Shown here in pieces: positions 60,501 to 64,000 of a DNA stretch of 64,000 nt. The stretch is from Gemmatimonadota bacterium (lineage in GTDB: Bacteria; Latescibacterota; UBA2968; UBA8231). Where the stretch lies: NCBI GenBank assembly GCA_038153405.1, contig JAYOYH010000009.1:1996-65995 (forward strand), read 5' to 3'. Positions within the stretch are counted from its first letter, which is position 1. Each line of letters starts with the position of its first letter. Made by a program: the position numbers and the translations under genes. A model generated the notes under the pieces. The model worked only from the letters and a program-made list of their open reading frames with translations, was not told the origin of the DNA and searched no databases.

Positions 60501-60696
60501 CAAGCTGGTTGGGCTGGCCTACGCGCCGCTGGGGCGCACGATGATGGGTGGTCTGCTCGCGTCGATGGTGTTGACGCTCGTACTCGTGCCACTGTTTTAC
60601 ACGTTCTTCGACGATTTTCGCACACTGGTGCAAAACGTCATGGCATCGGCCTTTGTGCGCCGAGAGAAAAAAGAAGCGGCGGAAACGGCCGGGTAG
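57547..60696 (+). CDS. RND (AcrB/AcrD/AcrF family) permease
   Basis: NRPVT, GLVVDNAIVIVE, FESF..P, GVVVNNAIVLID, RFRPILMT. Confidence 0.95.
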   Translation: MDNERQYPLPRFSVNRPVTVAMILVALLVVGAIAYTRIPLTLFPEGMEYPRLFAWAPYPNAGAIEVEKKVVRLMEEAVAQVSSVKRIQSGANRGNGYVNVEFQKGTDLQVAFAEMKDRLDRIMPELPDEIEQMWVRRWDQSDIPILAGAIAFPPGTVDPRFLLDTYIEPAFRRIDGVGNVELWGTPGKQVLVEVDQNKLRSHGVNMFQTVNDLRSQNLTVPGGWIIEGGKKIYLRSMGRYSTIDELRETVIDPQHQLSLGDIASVSYKPPRKDWANRINGQESMGFEIVRAAEANIVHISREVEATLKKLEQHPQLQGIEYVIFWDQGDHVTSSVYNLQNSGLWGGLFAALVLFFFLRAVRMTLIITLAIPLCILVTITVLYFAGWSLNMATMMGLMLSLGLVVDNAIVIVENIFRMRQNGVDPRRASIEGAGEVGLAVTMATLTTVVVFLPLILMGSDDNMAFWMLRIGIPVIVGLVASLLIALLIIPLAALKMGAAKERGDLAAIVWMRRRYEGALRWVLTHRLDAFILVALAVASMKIPMDGLKKTDQNDRDETRMDLAFDMPSGQGLEQAEAFMIAVEDTLVAHAEQYNIENVRTYVRAGQGRISMFLKEEKDLDWYSVAWDDLLKSVGLREQTHLNYKEMEEDIRKRLVVPAGTSLRINWENAQQDAAVNVTLYGEDTHVLMGLALEVERRLENIPGLLSVDTDMDRGGTELQLRLDRGQLQRLGVSAQVVSGNIAYALRGHNINKFHTEDGREVDIQVQLEEFDRKNMQDLRAITFPTEDGREVPLESLADIYVERTLGGIRRDDRQTVLNVVARANKDDAQALFGQVDLAMRGFEMPRGYRWDKGDRYVRLEEQDSSMKFAVIMSVTFVFLLMGVLFESFVLPLSVIISIPFSFLGVYWTLYLTNTPQDIMSVIGMVILIGVVVNNAIVLIDLANRLRDGGMERTEALMEAGMHRFRPILMTTFTTAFGLIPMAVGNSKLVGLAYAPLGRTMMGGLLASMVLTLVLVPLFYTFFDDFRTLVQNVMASAFVRREKKEAAETAG

Positions 60697-60700
60697 GCTA

Positions 60701-62233
60701 CTAGTGCAAGAGGTAGAGGTCGTAATAGACGGCTGTGCAGCCAACAGCTTCGCGTTTGGCGCTGCCGATGAATCGACTCGAGCGATCGTGCAGTGAGCGC
60801 GGAACGGGGGTGTCCTGCCGCGCCACAAAGAGGATCGCCGCGCTCGGTGCCAGACGGTTTCTCGCGTCGGTTAGATCGCGGAAGCGCGGGTCGTCCACCG
60901 TGTAGTAGGTGCGCGGTGTATTGGCGTAGTAGGCCAGGCCGAAGGGAATGCTGTACTGATTGCTCACTAGCGGCGTCTGCACGGCGATGTTGCGCTGTGC
61001 CAGCAGCGCGTCCACGCTGTGGCTAAAGGCACTCCAGCCGCCGTATTCACAAACTCTTTCGCTCCACGAATAGGAGGGCTCGCGCGCGCGGTCTACACGC
61101 GAAACGAGGCCGACGTAGCTCTGGTCGATTCGACTGCGCTCGACCCATGCGCCGACCGTTCCCGGATATTTGAGTGCCCACCCGATCCCCACGGCTTGCA
61201 GCAGGCCGCTGAGGATCAACGCCGGATAGAGCCCGCGTCGCGCAGGCAGGTTAAAGGCTAGCGGCCACAGGCTGAGAAAACCGACGAGAATCCAATTGCC
61301 CTTTATTTGACCCCTGTGAAAGGCGAAGAACAAGAAGGCGCCGAGCGTGCACAGGGCCGGTAGAAGGGCTAGCGCCACATCGGGACTCCACGCGCGCCGG
61401 ACGCTGCCCAGTGCTTTCCACAGCGCGCTGTAGAGCAGGTAGAGCAGCAGGGGCGAGGCAAAGAGGAGTGGGTTTATGGCAAAGAATAGCAGTCGGGCAA
61501 GTGGGCTGTCGAGCGCCTCTATTTTCGACAACGTGCTGAGGGTGTGCGGCAGGTAAAACGCCGTGCTGAGCTGGGCGTAGACAAGTGGGGAGGACACGCA
61601 CAGGGCCGCAATGGCAAATGCAGCTATTGCCATAGGGTGCTGTTTAGCAGGGCGAGAAAAGAGCAGAAACAGGCCCAGGCCTGCGGTTAGAAAGGCGCCA
61701 GAGTACTTGCACAGCACGGCCAGCCCGCAGGCTGCGCCCATACACAAATAATCGGTCAGGCGATGCGTATTGCAGGCGCGCCGCGCGGCGCGCAGCGCCA
61801 GTAGCCAGCAGGCGGTTAGGAAGGCGTCGGGATGCAGGTATGAACTCGTATGCCAGGCCCAGTGACTGCAGGCAAAAGCCGCCGCCGCCCAGCGCGCGCG
61901 CGCGGTTGGTAGTCCGCAGTCTAAACACAGGCGATAGAGCGAATATACCGACAGCGAGCCGAGGAGCAGAGACGGCATGCGCAAGAAGTGTTCGCCGTGC
62001 GGAGCCAGCGCTTCGGCCAAGGCAATGAGCGAAAAAGGAACGAGGGCATAGCTGGCATCGAGATGCTGGCTCCAATACCAGTAGAGGGCCTCGTCTTTGC
62101 CCAACTCGACGCCGTAGGTTAGCCAGCCTTTTGCTAAGGTATACGCGGCCAGTGCCAGTGCCCAAGTCGCATTGACTAGGTATGGGCTCCCCTTTATATT
62201 CTGGTCTCTGTTGGATGCGGTATTAGATATCAT
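60701..62233 (-). CDS. GT-C glycosyltransferase (GT39/ArnT-like)
   Basis: DEALYW.WS..LD.SY, R.PS, PD, G...GLA.L.KY, multiple TMs. Start uncertain; the track's extension to 62608 overlaps clpP. Confidence 0.8.
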   Translation of the reverse strand: MISNTASNRDQNIKGSPYLVNATWALALAAYTLAKGWLTYGVELGKDEALYWYWSQHLDASYALVPFSLIALAEALAPHGEHFLRMPSLLLGSLSVYSLYRLCLDCGLPTARARWAAAAFACSHWAWHTSSYLHPDAFLTACWLLALRAARRACNTHRLTDYLCMGAACGLAVLCKYSGAFLTAGLGLFLLFSRPAKQHPMAIAAFAIAALCVSSPLVYAQLSTAFYLPHTLSTLSKIEALDSPLARLLFFAINPLLFASPLLLYLLYSALWKALGSVRRAWSPDVALALLPALCTLGAFLFFAFHRGQIKGNWILVGFLSLWPLAFNLPARRGLYPALILSGLLQAVGIGWALKYPGTVGAWVERSRIDQSYVGLVSRVDRAREPSYSWSERVCEYGGWSAFSHSVDALLAQRNIAVQTPLVSNQYSIPFGLAYYANTPRTYYTVDDPRFRDLTDARNRLAPSAAILFVARQDTPVPRSLHDRSSRFIGSAKREAVGCTAVYYDLYLLH

Positions 62234-62248
62234 TTTGGAGATTGTTAA

Positions 62249-62857
62249 ATGGCCGAAGAGAACGAAGATCTGCTCAAGAACCTCCAGGAAAAAAACTTGG
62301 AATTGAGCCTGTATAAAGCGCGCAAAATCTTTCTGTGGTCCGACGTCAACGACGAGTCGGCACGGGGTATCGTCACGCGTTTGCTGTCGCTCGATACAGA
62401 AGATCCGGAAAAGGAAATCGTGCTCTATATCAACAGCCCCGGCGGCTCCGTGCACGATGGCATGGCCATCTACGATGCCATGCGCGCCATCAAGGCACCG
62501 GTCTCTACCGTGTGCATCGGCATGGCGATGAGCATGGGCTCGTTTCTCCTTTCGGCCGGCGAACCCGGCCGCCGCTTTGCCTGGCCGCATGCGCGCATCA
62601 TGATCCATCAGCCGCTGATTATGGGCACGGTGACGGGCACGGCAACTGACTTAGATATTCGCGCGCGAGAGACCATTCGCCTGCGCGAAGAGTTGAACCA
62701 GATCTACGCCGAGCACACGGGTCAGGACGTGGAGAAAATTGCCAAAGACACTGACCGCGACTTCTTTATGTCGGCGGCGGAGGCCAAGGACTACGGGATC
62801 ATAGACGATGTGATTACCACCACCGCGCCGATGCCCAACGGCCAGGTAAAGAGCTAA
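62249..62857 (+). CDS. clpP: ATP-dependent Clp protease proteolytic subunit
   Basis: [14 protein letters not shown] (Ser), IMIHQP (His), DRD.FM (Asp). Confidence 0.96.
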   Translation: MAEENEDLLKNLQEKNLELSLYKARKIFLWSDVNDESARGIVTRLLSLDTEDPEKEIVLYINSPGGSVHDGMAIYDAMRAIKAPVSTVCIGMAMSMGSFLLSAGEPGRRFAWPHARIMIHQPLIMGTVTGTATDLDIRARETIRLREELNQIYAEHTGQDVEKIAKDTDRDFFMSAAEAKDYGIIDDVITTTAPMPNGQVKS

Positions 62858-62880
62858 AATCCGCCCCCTTTGCTGCGGCG

Positions 62881-62920
62881 AAAAAGGGCCGATTCCCCGT
62901 GCGGGGAGTCGGCCCTTTTT
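62881..62920. terminator. Bidirectional intrinsic terminator
   Basis: AAAAAGGGCCGATTCCCC-GTGC-GGGGAGTCGGCCCTTTTT between convergent clpP and mutM. Confidence 0.9.
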
Positions 62921-63728
62921 ATTGCTGGCAGCGGGGGCAGAAAAACGTGTTGCGCCCGCCCATAACGATGCTCTCCAGCGCATCGTTGCAGCGGCGACAG
63001 GGCTGGCCGGCCCGCCCGTAGACGGCCAGGCGCTGCTGAAAGCGTCCTCCTTCGCCCGAACCCAAATAATCGCTGATGGTGGTGCCGCCTTTGCGCACGG
63101 CGTTGCGCAGCACGCGCTTGATGCAACGCACCAGTTCGGCTAGCGCCTCATCGGCAATTGTCCCTGCCGGCGTCTGCGGATTAATGCCGGCGTAATAGAG
63201 CGATTCGCTGGCGTATATATTGCCGACGCCAACGACGATGTGGCCGTCCATAATGAGATTTTTAATGGGCGTGCTGCGTTCGCGGCAGGCGGCGGTCAGA
63301 TAGCGCCCAGTGAACGCGGTCGTCAGCGGTTCTGCGCCGAGACTGTTCAAGTAGCGACACTGCGCCTCTTCCCCCTCCTCGAGCACGATGACCAGGCCAA
63401 AGCGCCGCGGATCGTTAAAGACGAGCGGGCGTTCACCATCGAGATAAAAGACGACGTGGTCGTGTTTGGCGCCGGGGTCGCGCAGCAGCAAATTGCCGCT
63501 CATGCCCAGGTGGACGAGCAGCGTTGTGCCAGAGTCCAGGTCGAGTAAGAGATACTTGGCCCGGCGCCGGGCACTGGTGAAGCGCTCGCCGCGCAGACTC
63601 TGCAAGCGCGGTCGGTCTAGCTGTTCGCGAAGCCGTTTGTCGGATGTTTCTACGCGGCAGATTGCACGACCGGGTAGGGCTTCTTGCATCGCGCGGCGCA
63701 CGGTTTCCACTTCGGGTAGTTCGGGCAT
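62919..63728 (-). CDS. mutM: Formamidopyrimidine-DNA glycosylase
   Basis: MPELPEVE at 63728, HLGMSG, DPRRFG, GVGNIYASE, C-terminal CxxC...CPxC finger. Confidence 0.97.
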   Translation of the reverse strand: MPELPEVETVRRAMQEALPGRAICRVETSDKRLREQLDRPRLQSLRGERFTSARRRAKYLLLDLDSGTTLLVHLGMSGNLLLRDPGAKHDHVVFYLDGERPLVFNDPRRFGLVIVLEEGEEAQCRYLNSLGAEPLTTAFTGRYLTAACRERSTPIKNLIMDGHIVVGVGNIYASESLYYAGINPQTPAGTIADEALAELVRCIKRVLRNAVRKGGTTISDYLGSGEGGRFQQRLAVYGRAGQPCRRCNDALESIVMGGRNTFFCPRCQQ

Positions 63729-63825
63729 GCGAAGGAGTATATACGGGGGTGCACACGGCGTCAATATTGCTGCATTGGCGCGCCGCCGTATTTTGTACGA
63801 GCACACGCAAAAGGAGTGAGTACAT

Positions 63826-64000
63826 ATGGATTTGACTAGACAACCGCCGCGCCGCCCTTCAAATGTGAATATGGCGGGCATCGTGGGCCTGGCCCGCATG
63901 ACCGACAAGGCGCGCGCATACAACAGCGAGACATTGGAACCCTATCTGTACGGCGATGACTCGAATCTCGATACGGAAGTGCTGGGCCTTATCGGTATGA
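63826..64000 (+). CDS. DUF5069-like protein (3' partial)
   Basis: AAGGAG SD; MDLTRQPPRRPSNVNMAGIVGLARMTDKARA..., open to the window end. Confidence 0.7.
   Translation, partial: MDLTRQPPRRPSNVNMAGIVGLARMTDKARAYNSETLEPYLYGDDSNLDTEVLGLIGM

Noticed and set aside
62234..62608. N-terminal extension of the 635-aa ORF 60701..62608
   Set aside because: It is antisense to clpP; GT39 similarity begins downstream.

Overview
GC-rich, gene-dense bacterial chromosomal window, mostly core genome. T9SS/FlgD-like C-terminal domains, efp-accB-accC-gcvH synteny and a DGGGP-synthase-like UbiA suggest an FCB-related diderm such as Latescibacterota; this is inference only. In order: partial acidic-repeat TPR gene, efp-accBC-gcvH, HNH nuclease, scpAB-rluB-cmk-rpsA, mutS, an orphan FliG-N-like gene and a convergent 40-aa membrane ORF absent from the ORF track; rlmB-lptD-dtd-maf-rodZ-priA running into a propeller/DUF4159/DUF4175/TPR/GATase-like/MoxR/DUF58 cluster; sufBCDSUT-Rrf2 with duplicated upstream boxes; a LigC-like dehydrogenase and a histone H1-like Lys/Ala/Pro protein; a minus-strand nadE...hisS...UbiA block; HU/IHF; an M28 peptidase with an apparently exact 315-bp C-terminal duplication; a rhodanese-fusion/MoaB/SirC operon; a two-RND efflux system; GT39, clpP, mutM and a partial DUF5069-like gene. 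I saw no CRISPR array, rRNA, tRNA, transposase or prophage. All family calls come from remembered motifs; no searches were run.
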